Assembly: GCA_964411565.1 (NCBI GenBank)
Contig: CAYPLB010000004.1
Span: 32,500 to 96,499 of the forward strand
Direction: 5' to 3'
DNA: 64,000 nucleotides
DNA from: Candidatus Woesearchaeota archaeon
GTDB taxonomy: Archaea; Nanobdellota; Nanobdellia; SCGC-AAA011-G17; GW2011-AR17
Under the pieces are notes generated by a model. It had not been told where the DNA came from. It saw only the letters and a program-made list of their open reading frames with translations, and searched no databases. Below, piece after piece: positions 36,889 through 46,829 of this stretch. The first letter of the stretch is position 1. Every line of letters begins with the position of its first letter. The translations under genes and the position numbers were made by a program.

Positions 36889-37430
36889 AAAAAATAATTA
36901 TATTTTTTACTGGAATATTTGTCGCTTTAGTAGGAATTTATGTTGCAATACCTAATGCAATTGATATTTTAGGATTTTCAGGATCAGCATTCTTTGCAGG
37001 AGAAATTTGGAGGATAATAACTTTCCCATTTGTTCATGTTTCAAATGCACATTTAGTTGAAAATTTGTTAGCATTGTTTATTTTAATTTTATTAGCGCAT
37101 GAATTTAAGTTTGGAGTAAAATCTTTTATCTCATTATTTTTTGCTTCTGGGATTTTATTAGCTTTCTTTGGAGGATTAGTATACCCTTATTTAGTAATTG
37201 TTGGTGCATCATTAGGAGTGTATAGTATTTTTGGAGCCTTAACATTAAAAGGACAAGACTATATTCCAAGATATTTGTTGCCTAGTTTATTTGTAATTTT
37301 TATTATTATTAATGTAGTCTATAATTATTTTGCTGGAGATAGCTTTGTACAACCAATATATCATGCCATAGCTTTTGTAGTCGGAGCAGGACTATATAGC
37401 CTTGGAAAAAAGGCAAATCTCTTCAAATAA
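36885..37430 (+). CDS. Rhomboid-family intramembrane serine protease
   Basis: WR motif, HLVEN (HxxxN), GASLG (GxS), YHAIAF (catalytic His). Confidence 0.85.
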   Translation: MKKIIIFFTGIFVALVGIYVAIPNAIDILGFSGSAFFAGEIWRIITFPFVHVSNAHLVENLLALFILILLAHEFKFGVKSFISLFFASGILLAFFGGLVYPYLVIVGASLGVYSIFGALTLKGQDYIPRYLLPSLFVIFIIINVVYNYFAGDSFVQPIYHAIAFVVGAGLYSLGKKANLFK

Positions 37431-37482
37431 GAGCATCTAGAGGGGTCGAAAGCTTTAAATATGGTTATTTTATAATATCTAT

Positions 37483-37743
37483 ATGTCAAAATACACAATT
37501 AAGTATGAAAAAAAACTTTGTAATGGATGTGGATTATGTGCTAATATTTGTCCTGAAAATTGGACAATGATTGGTGATGATGAAAGAAAAGCAAAGCCAA
37601 AGAAATTGTTTATTTCAGAAGATGATTACTACAGTAATATGGAAGCTGCAGATAGCTGTCCAGTAGAAGCTATTAGTATTAGTAAAAGTAAAGAAAGAAC
37701 AGTGGATTTAATTGAAGATTCTGGTGATTTTATAGATTTCTAG
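37483..37743 (+). CDS. Ferredoxin (single cluster)
   Basis: CNGCGLCANICP ... AADSCPVEAI. Confidence 0.9.
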   Translation: MSKYTIKYEKKLCNGCGLCANICPENWTMIGDDERKAKPKKLFISEDDYYSNMEAADSCPVEAISISKSKERTVDLIEDSGDFIDF

Positions 37744-37807
37744 TATAGCTCAGAAAAATATATAAAGAGAGTTATTTGATATTTGAAGGATTAGGGAGGA
37801 TTTTAAA

Positions 37808-38098
37808 ATGGAAGAAGAAAATAATCAAAACCTTGAAGTTCACGAGGAAGAAGAAGAAATTAATACAGAAGATGTAGCAGTTGATGCTTACAATAGAATT
37901 GATGCTTTAGTCGAATTATTGATCAAAAAAGGCATTATTTCTGAGCAAGAAATTGATGATATGGAAGATAAACTTCTTGAAGAATTTGAAAATGAAGATG
38001 TAGAAAAAAGTTCAGAAGAAAGTCAAGAAGAGAAGTCTGAACCAGTACAACAATCTTTTGGACATGAACATTCAAGTAGTTGTGGATGTGGCCAATAG
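37808..38098 (+). CDS. Acidic hypothetical protein with His/Cys tail
   Basis: SD GGAGG; IDALVELLIKKGIISEQE; ends GHEHSSSCGCGQ. Confidence 0.7.
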   Translation: MEEENNQNLEVHEEEEEINTEDVAVDAYNRIDALVELLIKKGIISEQEIDDMEDKLLEEFENEDVEKSSEESQEEKSEPVQQSFGHEHSSSCGCGQ

Positions 38099-38111
38099 AA
38101 AGCTTTTTATA

Positions 38112-38133
38112 GGGGTTTATACCCCCTTTTTTT
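38112..38133 (+). terminator. Possible hairpin plus T-tract terminator
   Basis: GGGGT-TTAT-ACCCC followed by C and a run of T, downstream of the 37808 ORF. Confidence 0.3.
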
Positions 38134-38814
38134 ATGAAAAGAGTAAAAATTAGAGATTATTTAATGGATAATTTAGATCTAAGTAGATTTGATAATGTTG
38201 ATGTAAAATATGTAGGAGGAGCAAAAATAAACCACCTTGTTCTTGAAAGAGATAATGATTCTTATTTAATAGTAATTAATGCACCAAATACTTACCCTGG
38301 AGGATTGGAAAGATTTAAACAATTTGCAGGAGAAGCTCATAGAGAAGGATATAAGATGTTACAAGTCTTTGGTATGGATGATTTTCCGGAGTTGTCTGAG
38401 ACAAAAAATGCTGATTATTATAGACAAGGAAGTTTTGATAGGGCTTGTGAAGTTAGAAGATTAAAAGGAGTGGCTAAAATTTGTGCACAAAATGGAATCC
38501 CGCTAAACTTTGTTGATCCAAATGCAGGAAATATTGAAGTTTATAATTTTGGAAAACTTTTTTCTTATGCTACTCATAGATCCGTTAGAGGAGAATTAAT
38601 AGAAATTCCTGAAGGAAGAAGAAAAACTAATCTTAAGGATAAAATGGAACCTCATTTAACTGAAACTTTAAGTGAGATGATAGATTTAGAAACTGATACA
38701 ATAAAAAAGGATGCAGTTATAGGGAAATTTAAACTGTGGGAAGCGCCAAAAGTAGAAATTCCAGCACCAAGAATTATTAGAGGAACTGGTGGAAAACAAT
38801 TGAGGATGTTTTAA
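38134..38814 (+). CDS. Hypothetical protein
   Basis: 226-aa ORF, no recognised motif. Confidence 0.7.
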   Translation: MKRVKIRDYLMDNLDLSRFDNVDVKYVGGAKINHLVLERDNDSYLIVINAPNTYPGGLERFKQFAGEAHREGYKMLQVFGMDDFPELSETKNADYYRQGSFDRACEVRRLKGVAKICAQNGIPLNFVDPNAGNIEVYNFGKLFSYATHRSVRGELIEIPEGRRKTNLKDKMEPHLTETLSEMIDLETDTIKKDAVIGKFKLWEAPKVEIPAPRIIRGTGGKQLRMF

Positions 38815-38850
38815 TAAAAGTTATAAATAGTTCTTATTTTATAGATTTAT

Positions 38851-39168
38851 ATGAAGGAATACTTGATGTTAACAAGTTTAGTCTTAAGTTCATGTTCATT
38901 AAGTCATAATATAATTGGTAGTTTTGATGATGCAAGAGATGTTATTATAATTGAAAATGTAGGAAAAGATAAAAATTTAAATCCTTGTGATGCTTTATAT
39001 TTTCCACATAGTCAAGATTGTATTGTAGAATGTTATGATAGATTTATGAATGAAAAATTGATAGGATTTCCTTTATATCCAGATTATGATAATTTGTATG
39101 AAAGATATTGTCCTGAAGATTTATATTTAAGAGATTCTATTTATTTAGCACATCAATTAAAACAATAA
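38851..39168 (+). CDS. Small putative lipoprotein
   Basis: MKEYLMLTSLVLSSC lipobox-like N-terminus. Confidence 0.55.
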   Translation: MKEYLMLTSLVLSSCSLSHNIIGSFDDARDVIIIENVGKDKNLNPCDALYFPHSQDCIVECYDRFMNEKLIGFPLYPDYDNLYERYCPEDLYLRDSIYLAHQLKQ

Positions 39169-39200
39169 AGATTATAAAGAAATTATTCTTATTACTTAAT

Positions 39201-40127
39201 ATGAAGTTTGTTTATGCTAACTCACCACAACAAGAAGCAGATTTTATTATAATAGGAGTTGCTGATGAAAGTGGTAGTCATTCTCCAAGGTCAGGTACGA
39301 AAAAAGGTGCAGATGCTATAAGAAAAGTTGCACATGAAAGATGTGTATTTAAAAGAAAAGGAAGATTTAGTCTTGCACAAGTTAGTTCTGGAAGAATTGA
39401 TAAAAAAATATATGATTATGGTAATGTTGATAAGAAAAAGATTTCAAAAGTTGTTGAAGTGTTTAAAGATAAAACTCCAATCGTTTTAGGAGGAGATCAT
39501 TCTATTACCGCAGAAGTTCTAAAAGGTATGAAAGATGTGACAGTTATTTATTTTGATGCACACCCAGATATAGTTTCCTCTATGCATGGATATTATGGAT
39601 CTGTTTTATCAGATGTAGAAGTAGATCTTGGACATAGTATTGAAATTGGAATTAGAGAACCTGAAATTGAAGAATTGAAAAATATAAAAAAGAAAAGATT
39701 AGAAATTGTTACAGCTGAAGAGATTTATGAAATAGGGTTAGAGAAAGTTTGGGAGAAAATAAAAAATAGAGTTAAAGGAAAAGTTTATGTTTCTGTAGAT
39801 TTAGATGTTTTTGACCCTTCTATAGCTCCAGGAGTTTCTGCTCCAGTCCCAGGAGGATTAAATTATAATCAAGTACTATATTTAATGAAAAGAATTATGA
39901 AAAAATTAGATGTTGTAGGTTTTGATATTATGGAATTGAATCCAAGATATGATTTAGATGAGAGAACGGCACATTTAGCTGTGAAATTATTATTAGAAAT
40001 GATTGTAAACTGTGAAAAGTGTTCAAAGAAAAAGTTAATAGTGAAAGAAGAAAAGAAAGAAGAGAAAAAAGAGACAAAAAAGAAAGATAAGAAGAAAAAA
40101 GATAAAGATCAGAAGACATTAATCTAA
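39201..40127 (+). CDS. Agmatinase/arginase-family ureohydrolase with Lys-rich tail
   Basis: GGDHS, FDAHPD, GIRE, DLDVFDP..APGV..PVPGG, ELNP. Confidence 0.9.
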   Translation: MKFVYANSPQQEADFIIIGVADESGSHSPRSGTKKGADAIRKVAHERCVFKRKGRFSLAQVSSGRIDKKIYDYGNVDKKKISKVVEVFKDKTPIVLGGDHSITAEVLKGMKDVTVIYFDAHPDIVSSMHGYYGSVLSDVEVDLGHSIEIGIREPEIEELKNIKKKRLEIVTAEEIYEIGLEKVWEKIKNRVKGKVYVSVDLDVFDPSIAPGVSAPVPGGLNYNQVLYLMKRIMKKLDVVGFDIMELNPRYDLDERTAHLAVKLLLEMIVNCEKCSKKKLIVKEEKKEEKKETKKKDKKKKDKDQKTLI

Positions 40128-40160
40128 AAGTTTTTAAATTTAAATTATTTCTATGAAGAC

Positions 40161-40847
40161 ATGAAGGTTTTGACATTAAATACTTGGCTTATTCCTTGGG
40201 CAAAGGATAAAAGAAAAAGAAGGAAGAAAATAGTTGAACATATTAAAAAAAATAAATATGATATTGTTTTTCTACAAGAAGTTTGGTTGAATAAAGATTT
40301 GAAATATTTAATAAAAAATTTAAAAAAATACAATTATATTTCTGGAGGAGGACTTATTGTGAATAAAACAGGATTATTGACATTGTTTAAAGGAGAAAAA
40401 ATTGGGAGAACAAGAATTTACCATTTTCCTTTTACAAAAAATTATTTATTTAAACAAAAAATAGCAAAAAAAGGATTTATTCATACAAAAATTAAAAATA
40501 ATGGAATTATTATTGATGCTACTAATACTCATTTAGTTGATTATTCAAAAAAATGGGCTAAAAAAGTTAATCAAAGAAATATTAAAGCATTAAAATATTT
40601 TTTACAAAGCCATAGAAATGCATTATTGTGTGGAGATTTTAATTATAAGTTTCCAGATATGAAAAAAATGAAATTTTTAAGAACAGTATCAAAAGAAAAA
40701 ACTTACAGAAAAGAGAATAAATATGTGAAAAATAATATTGATGAGAAATTAGATTATGTTTTTTATAGAAATTTAAAGGTTAAAAGTAATAAAATTGTCA
40801 AAAATGAGCTTTCAGACCATTATGGGATAGAAGTTAATTTTGAATAG
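40161..40847 (+). CDS. Endonuclease/exonuclease/phosphatase (EEP) family protein
   Basis: TLNTW, FLQEV, NTHL, CGDFN, LDYVF, SDHYG. Confidence 0.9.
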   Translation: MKVLTLNTWLIPWAKDKRKRRKKIVEHIKKNKYDIVFLQEVWLNKDLKYLIKNLKKYNYISGGGLIVNKTGLLTLFKGEKIGRTRIYHFPFTKNYLFKQKIAKKGFIHTKIKNNGIIIDATNTHLVDYSKKWAKKVNQRNIKALKYFLQSHRNALLCGDFNYKFPDMKKMKFLRTVSKEKTYRKENKYVKNNIDEKLDYVFYRNLKVKSNKIVKNELSDHYGIEVNFE

Positions 40848-40878
40848 TTTTAAAAAGAGACATATTTTCATTAAAGTT

Positions 40879-41970
40879 ATGATTATCAAAGAAACTCCTG
40901 AAGATTTTAGAGTTGAAGAAGTTCTAAATCTGGAGATCAAAAATAAAGGAAATTATGCCTATTTTATTTTAGAAAAAAAGGCCTGGACAACATTGAAAGC
41001 TATTAATTCTATTGCTAGAATATTAAGAGTTAGTGAGAAAAGATTTACATTTGCAGGGCAAAAAGATCGACAAGGAATTACAAGGCAATATGTTTCAGCA
41101 TATCAAATATCAGTTAGAAGTTTGTATAATATTAAGTTAAAAGATATAAAAATTGAATTTTTAGGATATGGAGATAAGCCAATTAGTTTAGGAGATTTAG
41201 AAGGAAATAAATTTGAAATTGTTGTTAGAGAAGTAAAAAGACCTTTGACAATTGTTCATTGTATTCCAAATTATTATGATGAACAAAGGTTTGGAGGATT
41301 TAGACCAAATATGCATCTAGCTGGAAAACAAGTTTTACTCGGAAACTATGAAGAAGCAGTGAAAATAAAATTGTTGAACCCGTTCCCAGATGAAACACCT
41401 GATTATGTTGAAGCAAGAGAAAGTATGAAAGAAAATTGGGGTAATTGGAGAAAAATTAAATTACCTAATTCTATGACAATTGAAAAAAGAATTGTTGGAC
41501 ATTTAGTAAATAATCCCAAAGATTTCAAAGGAGCATTGAGAGCTTTACCAAGACAACTATTTACTATGTTGACCCACTCATATCAATCTTATATTTTTAA
41601 CAAATCTTTATCAGAATATTTGAAGAGACATAATAAAGGATTTAGAGAAGTAAATTATGCTTTAGGAAAATTAATTTTTGTAAATAAATATTTTAAGAAA
41701 AATTGGCCAATTGTTGGATACGAAAGCAAGTTAGAAGGAGAAGAAAAAGAGATTATTGAGAAAATTATGAAAGAAGAAGGTATTTGGTACGATACTTTTA
41801 GATGTCAGATTCCAGCACTATCTTCTAAAGGATTAACAAGAAGAGCTATGGTCAAAGTAAAGGATTTTAAAGCAAGTCATTTGGATAAAAGAAAAGGAGT
41901 TCAAGATGTTTCATTCTTTTTGCCAAAAGGTAGTTATGCTACCATTGTGATTAAGGCAATGTCGTTGTAA
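40879..41970 (+). CDS. truD: tRNA pseudouridine(13) synthase TruD/Pus7
   Basis: IKETPEDFRVEE, FAGQKDRQGITRQ, GNKFEI, PNYYDEQRFG, LPKGSYAT. Confidence 0.93.
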   Translation: MIIKETPEDFRVEEVLNLEIKNKGNYAYFILEKKAWTTLKAINSIARILRVSEKRFTFAGQKDRQGITRQYVSAYQISVRSLYNIKLKDIKIEFLGYGDKPISLGDLEGNKFEIVVREVKRPLTIVHCIPNYYDEQRFGGFRPNMHLAGKQVLLGNYEEAVKIKLLNPFPDETPDYVEARESMKENWGNWRKIKLPNSMTIEKRIVGHLVNNPKDFKGALRALPRQLFTMLTHSYQSYIFNKSLSEYLKRHNKGFREVNYALGKLIFVNKYFKKNWPIVGYESKLEGEEKEIIEKIMKEEGIWYDTFRCQIPALSSKGLTRRAMVKVKDFKASHLDKRKGVQDVSFFLPKGSYATIVIKAMSL

Positions 41971-42035
41971 TTAACTAAAGAAAGAGTTAATTCTAGAAGA
42001 AAAGCTTTATAAATAATGACTTTACGATAAATTTT

Positions 42036-43100
42036 ATGGCTAGAGGAGAATCATTGTTGGATTTACCAGTAGAAGGAGTATTAACTTATGGTAGAGTTCT
42101 TGATAGATATTTTACTGGATTAACTACTCAAAGAGATTTAGAACCTATGATGCATGGATTACAAGTAATTAAAGAAGAAGGATTAGGAAGAGAATTCCAT
42201 AAAGAGTATCAACAAGTAGTTCTGAGAACACATAGAGCTAGAAAGATTATTGAATGGTATGAAAAAAAATATGGTATGGATGAAGAAGGAATGATTCTTG
42301 ATCCAATAAACCTTCATAGACAAATATTTAGAAAAAATCTTACAAGTGTTAGAGCAAGAAGTTATAATCTTTCAATTGGATTTAAAAAACAATGGAGATA
42401 TAAAAGATTTTTAGGTTATGTTAATCATGCAATATATGATGATTTAGATAAAGATTGGAGTTGGATAGAAAAAAATTTAGAAAGAGGAAAAAATATGAGT
42501 TCACATGGACTTGTATTCTTCGTAAAAAATAAATTAGTTCATAGAAATTTTCTTAAGACATTTATTGAAAGAGAAAGATTAGGAAAGGTTCCTCAAAAAG
42601 GTAATATTGAAGATATGGTATTTGAATTGAATTCACCAGAAGAATTTCAAAGTGCATCAACTGTAGACCATGAATTAAGACATGTTATTGATAATATTAT
42701 TGGAACAAAAGGAAAAGATGAACTTTTAAAAATAGTAGAAATACAAGCAGAATTAAATTGTAGAAAAGGGATTAGAGGAGTAGGAAGAGATTTAAGAGAT
42801 TTAAATGATAGTATTGATAGGAGTATTAAAAGAAAAGAAGAAATTATTGAAAATGCAAAAAAAATTAATCATGGTTATTTTAATGAGAATTTTAAAAAAC
42901 AAGAGAAAGTAATAGAAAGAGAGATTGAAAGATTAAAAAGAAGAAGAGAAGAAATAGGACAAGTATATAGTGAATTCAATGAATCTATTCAAAATATACC
43001 AAGAGATCATTGGAGAACATTATCATATGTATTTTCTTATACACCTGATATAGTAGTATTAGCACAATTAAAAAGAATTGAAAAGCATTTTAAACAATAA
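42036..43100 (+). CDS. Hypothetical protein with HExxH motif and coiled coil
   Basis: DHELRHVID; C-terminal heptad region. Confidence 0.65.
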   Translation: MARGESLLDLPVEGVLTYGRVLDRYFTGLTTQRDLEPMMHGLQVIKEEGLGREFHKEYQQVVLRTHRARKIIEWYEKKYGMDEEGMILDPINLHRQIFRKNLTSVRARSYNLSIGFKKQWRYKRFLGYVNHAIYDDLDKDWSWIEKNLERGKNMSSHGLVFFVKNKLVHRNFLKTFIERERLGKVPQKGNIEDMVFELNSPEEFQSASTVDHELRHVIDNIIGTKGKDELLKIVEIQAELNCRKGIRGVGRDLRDLNDSIDRSIKRKEEIIENAKKINHGYFNENFKKQEKVIEREIERLKRRREEIGQVYSEFNESIQNIPRDHWRTLSYVFSYTPDIVVLAQLKRIEKHFKQ

Positions 43101-43164
43101 AATTTTAGTCCGGACAGGACATAGGGCCGTGAGCCTTTTAAAAGAAAAATAATAAGAAATAAAG

Positions 43165-45780
43165 ATGATTAGAAATAAGAAAAAACCAGAGACAAGTAAG
43201 GCAGTTAAGGAGTTACTACATCCTATTGTAAAAAAATGGTTTTTTTCAAAATTTAAAGATTTTTCTTTACCACAACTTTATGGAGTAATGGAAGTCCATT
43301 CAAGAAATAATGTTTTAGTGTCTGCAGCTACTGGATCTGGAAAAACTATTACTTCATTTTTAGCTATTCTTAATGAATTAGTAGATTCTTCTGAGAAAGG
43401 AATTTTAGAAGATAAAATTTATTGTGTTTATATTTCTCCACTAAAAGCATTGAATAATGATATTCATAAAAATTTAATAGAACCATTAAAAGAAATGGAA
43501 GAAATAGCAGGGAAAAGTTTAGGAATTAGAGTGGGAGTGAGAACTGGTGATACTACAGCTTATGAAAAACAAAAGATGTTGAAAAACCCACCACATATAC
43601 TGGTAACAACACCAGAAAGTTTGGCAATTATGCTCTCTTCGTTTAAATTTTCAAAACATTTAGAAAATGTTGAATGGACAATTATAGATGAAATACATTC
43701 TATTGCAGAAAATAAAAGAGGAGTACATTTATCTTTGTCATTAGAAAGATTACAATATTTATCACCAGGAATGTGTAGAGTAGGATTATCAGCAACAGTT
43801 GCTCCATTAAAAAAAGTAGCTAATTTTTTAGTAGGAGATAAAAGAAAATGTAAAATTGTTGATGTTCAATACTTGAAAAAAATGGATCTGGAAGTTATTT
43901 CTCCAGTTGAAGATTTAGTAAATAACACTTATGAAAATATACAAATTGAAAGTTATAATTTGATGGATAAGTTGATTCAAGAACACAAAACTACTTTGAT
44001 ATTTACAAATACAAGAGCTGCAACAGAAAGTGTAGTTCATCATTTGAAAACAAAATTTCCAAAGAAATATTATGAGATAAAAGAAAATGGTGAAGAAAAT
44101 AGTTCTCTGATAGGTGCACATCATGGATCTCTTTCAAAAGAACATAGAATACAATTAGAAGATGACCTTAGAGCAGGGAAAATGAGAGCTGTTGTTTGTA
44201 GCACTTCATTAGAATTAGGTTTAGATATTGGGTACATTGATTTAGTTATTTGTTTAGGTTCTCCAAAGTCTGCAGCGAGAGCACTCCAGAGAATAGGGAG
44301 AGCTGGACACAAGTTGTATGAAACAGTTAAAGGTAAGATTATGATTACTGATAGAAATGATTTAGTTGAATGTTCTGTCCTGTTAAAACATGGAGTTGAG
44401 AAAATTATTGATAAGATACATATTCCAAGAAATTCTTTAGATGTTCTTGCACAACAAGTCTTTGGAATGGCTTTAGACCAAGTTTGGAAATATGAAGAAA
44501 TGTATGAAGTTATTAAAAAATCATATTGTTATTCAGAGTTAACAAAAAAAGATTTTAATGAAATTTTAGATTATTTAGCTGGGAATTTTATTTCTTTAGA
44601 AGATAGATATATTTATGCTAGAATTTGGTGGGATAAAGAAACTAATGAAATTGGAAAAAAAGGAAGATTGAGTAGAGTTATTTATATGACTAATATAGGT
44701 ACTATTCCCGACCAACAAGGAATTATTGTAAAAGATAAAAGTGGAAGAAAAATTGGAATGTTGGATGAAGGATTTTTAGAGAAATTAGATCGAGGAGATA
44801 TTTTTGTTCTCGGAGGAAATACTTACATGTTTTTGTATGCAAGAGGAATGGTTGCAAGAGTTAGTCCTGTTCCTGGGAAAAGACCAACAGTTCCTTCATG
44901 GTATTCACAAAGATTACCTTTATCTTATGATTTAGCAAATGGAATTCAAAGGTTTAGAAAACTCTTAGAAGAAAAGTTTAGAAAGAAAAAAAGTAAGAAA
45001 GAAATTTTAAAATTTATTAATACTTATTTGTATGTTGATGAAGTTGCAGGAGAAGCCCTGTATAATTATTTCCAAGAACAGTTTGATTATATTGGAATAC
45101 CCCATGAAAATAAGTTAATTGTTGAACATTATAGAGATGAGTATGAAAAGACATATGTTGTGTTCCATAGCTTATATGGGAGAAGAGTTAATGATGCTTT
45201 GTCTAGAGCAGTTGGATATGCTATAGCAAGATCACAGCATAAAGATGTAGAGATAGGAATTGATGATAACGGATTTTATATCTCATTTGATAAACATGTT
45301 AATGTGATGAAAGCTCTTTCTTTGATTAAATCAAAAGAATTTAGAAAAGTTTTAGAATTGTCAATTGATAAATCCGAGATTTTAAGAAGAAGATTTAGAC
45401 ATTGTGCAGGAAGAGCTATGATGATTTTAAGAAATTATGGTGGGAAAAGAAAAAGAGTAGGAAGGCAACAAGTTAGTTCTATGATATTATTGAGCGCAGT
45501 TAGAAGAATCTCAGAGAATTTTTTTATTATTAGGGAAACCAAAAGAGAGATTTTAGAAGATTTAATGGATGTTCAAGGTGCAAATGAAGTTTTTGAAAAT
45601 ATTGAGAAGAAAAAGATTAAAATCGAAGAAGTTAATACTTTGATTCCGTCACCTTTTGCAATGAATCTTGTAATGCAAGGATATTCAGACATTTTGAAGA
45701 TGGAAGATAAGCAGAAATTCTTGCAGAGAATGCATTATATGGTTAAGGCGAAGGTTGCTTTGAAGAAAGGTAAAAAATAG
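43165..45780 (+). CDS. lhr: Lhr-core SF2 helicase
   Basis: ATGSGKT, SPLKALNND, TTPESL, IDEIH, GLSAT, HHGSLS, QRIGRAGH, P.W. Confidence 0.95.
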   Translation: MIRNKKKPETSKAVKELLHPIVKKWFFSKFKDFSLPQLYGVMEVHSRNNVLVSAATGSGKTITSFLAILNELVDSSEKGILEDKIYCVYISPLKALNNDIHKNLIEPLKEMEEIAGKSLGIRVGVRTGDTTAYEKQKMLKNPPHILVTTPESLAIMLSSFKFSKHLENVEWTIIDEIHSIAENKRGVHLSLSLERLQYLSPGMCRVGLSATVAPLKKVANFLVGDKRKCKIVDVQYLKKMDLEVISPVEDLVNNTYENIQIESYNLMDKLIQEHKTTLIFTNTRAATESVVHHLKTKFPKKYYEIKENGEENSSLIGAHHGSLSKEHRIQLEDDLRAGKMRAVVCSTSLELGLDIGYIDLVICLGSPKSAARALQRIGRAGHKLYETVKGKIMITDRNDLVECSVLLKHGVEKIIDKIHIPRNSLDVLAQQVFGMALDQVWKYEEMYEVIKKSYCYSELTKKDFNEILDYLAGNFISLEDRYIYARIWWDKETNEIGKKGRLSRVIYMTNIGTIPDQQGIIVKDKSGRKIGMLDEGFLEKLDRGDIFVLGGNTYMFLYARGMVARVSPVPGKRPTVPSWYSQRLPLSYDLANGIQRFRKLLEEKFRKKKSKKEILKFINTYLYVDEVAGEALYNYFQEQFDYIGIPHENKLIVEHYRDEYEKTYVVFHSLYGRRVNDALSRAVGYAIARSQHKDVEIGIDDNGFYISFDKHVNVMKALSLIKSKEFRKVLELSIDKSEILRRRFRHCAGRAMMILRNYGGKRKRVGRQQVSSMILLSAVRRISENFFIIRETKREILEDLMDVQGANEVFENIEKKKIKIEEVNTLIPSPFAMNLVMQGYSDILKMEDKQKFLQRMHYMVKAKVALKKGKK

Positions 45781-45815
45781 TAAAATATATAAATAAAAAT
45801 TTTATTTGAAAAAGT

Positions 45816-46097
45816 ATGATAATTGAATCAATTGTAGAATCATTTAAGGTCAGGAATTTAGTTAGTATTATAGGCTCAATAAGAGAAGGTTGGGGATGTA
45901 ATGAAGGATTACAATATTTTAGACCAGAATGGAGCAAAAATAATTATTGTGCAACAAATAGAGAAGAATGTAAATATGCTGAAAGAGTTCCTAGGGGTAA
46001 AGAAGCAAATTTTTCTTTTGTAGGCCCAGAAAATGGTGGAAGACATGAAGAACATAAAGAAATAACAAATCAGTCCTGTTATTTTTGTAATAAATAA
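45816..46097 (+). CDS. Small Cys-containing hypothetical protein
   Basis: 93 aa between lhr and the MPE gene; five Cys including terminal CYFC. Confidence 0.5.
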   Translation: MIIESIVESFKVRNLVSIIGSIREGWGCNEGLQYFRPEWSKNNYCATNREECKYAERVPRGKEANFSFVGPENGGRHEEHKEITNQSCYFCNK

Positions 46098-46128
46098 TTT
46101 TATATTCTTTTAATTATTTTCTTATTAC

Positions 46129-46806
46129 ATGTTAATCCATAAAAATATTGAAATTAGAGATTTAGGATTGTATTTGATTAAAGAGAAAGTTCTTGTTATT
46201 GGAGATATACATATTGGATATGAAGAAGAATTGAATATCAAAGGTTTGATGATTCCAAGATTTAATTTTAATGATTTGAAGGAAAGAATTTCTAAAATTT
46301 TAGATGATGTTGAAACTGTTGTGATTAATGGAGATATTAAACATAAATTTGGTGGAATTATGAACACAGAATGGAAAAATGTTAGAGAATTTTTAAAAAT
46401 ATTTGAAGATAAAAAAATTATTTTAGTGCAAGGGAATCATGATAGGATTTTGAAGCCAATAATAAAAGAAATGGAATTAGTTGATTATTATAAAGTTGGT
46501 GATGTTTTGATTTGTCATGGAGATGAAATTAAAGATGTAGATTCTAAAGTTGTAATTATTGGGCATGAGCACTGTGCAATTGGTTTGAAAGAAAATGTTA
46601 GATTTGAAAAATATAAATGTTTTATTAAAGGAAAATATAAAAGAAAAGTTTTGATTGCTATGCCTTCATATAATCTGCTAGCTATCGGAACTGATGTCCT
46701 TAGAGATGATAAACTATCTCCATACTTACAAGGAAACTTAGATAAGTTTGAAGTTTTTGTAGTTTCTGATAAAGTTTATGACTTTGGAAAATTGAAAGAT
46801 TTATAA
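46129..46806 (+). CDS. Lhr-associated metallophosphoesterase (calcineurin-like)
   Basis: GDIHIGYE, NGDIKH, GNHD, CHGD, GHEH, MPSYN. Confidence 0.88.
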   Translation: MLIHKNIEIRDLGLYLIKEKVLVIGDIHIGYEEELNIKGLMIPRFNFNDLKERISKILDDVETVVINGDIKHKFGGIMNTEWKNVREFLKIFEDKKIILVQGNHDRILKPIIKEMELVDYYKVGDVLICHGDEIKDVDSKVVIIGHEHCAIGLKENVRFEKYKCFIKGKYKRKVLIAMPSYNLLAIGTDVLRDDKLSPYLQGNLDKFEVFVVSDKVYDFGKLKDL

Positions 46807-46829
46807 AAAGGTAATTTTTCTTTATATGA

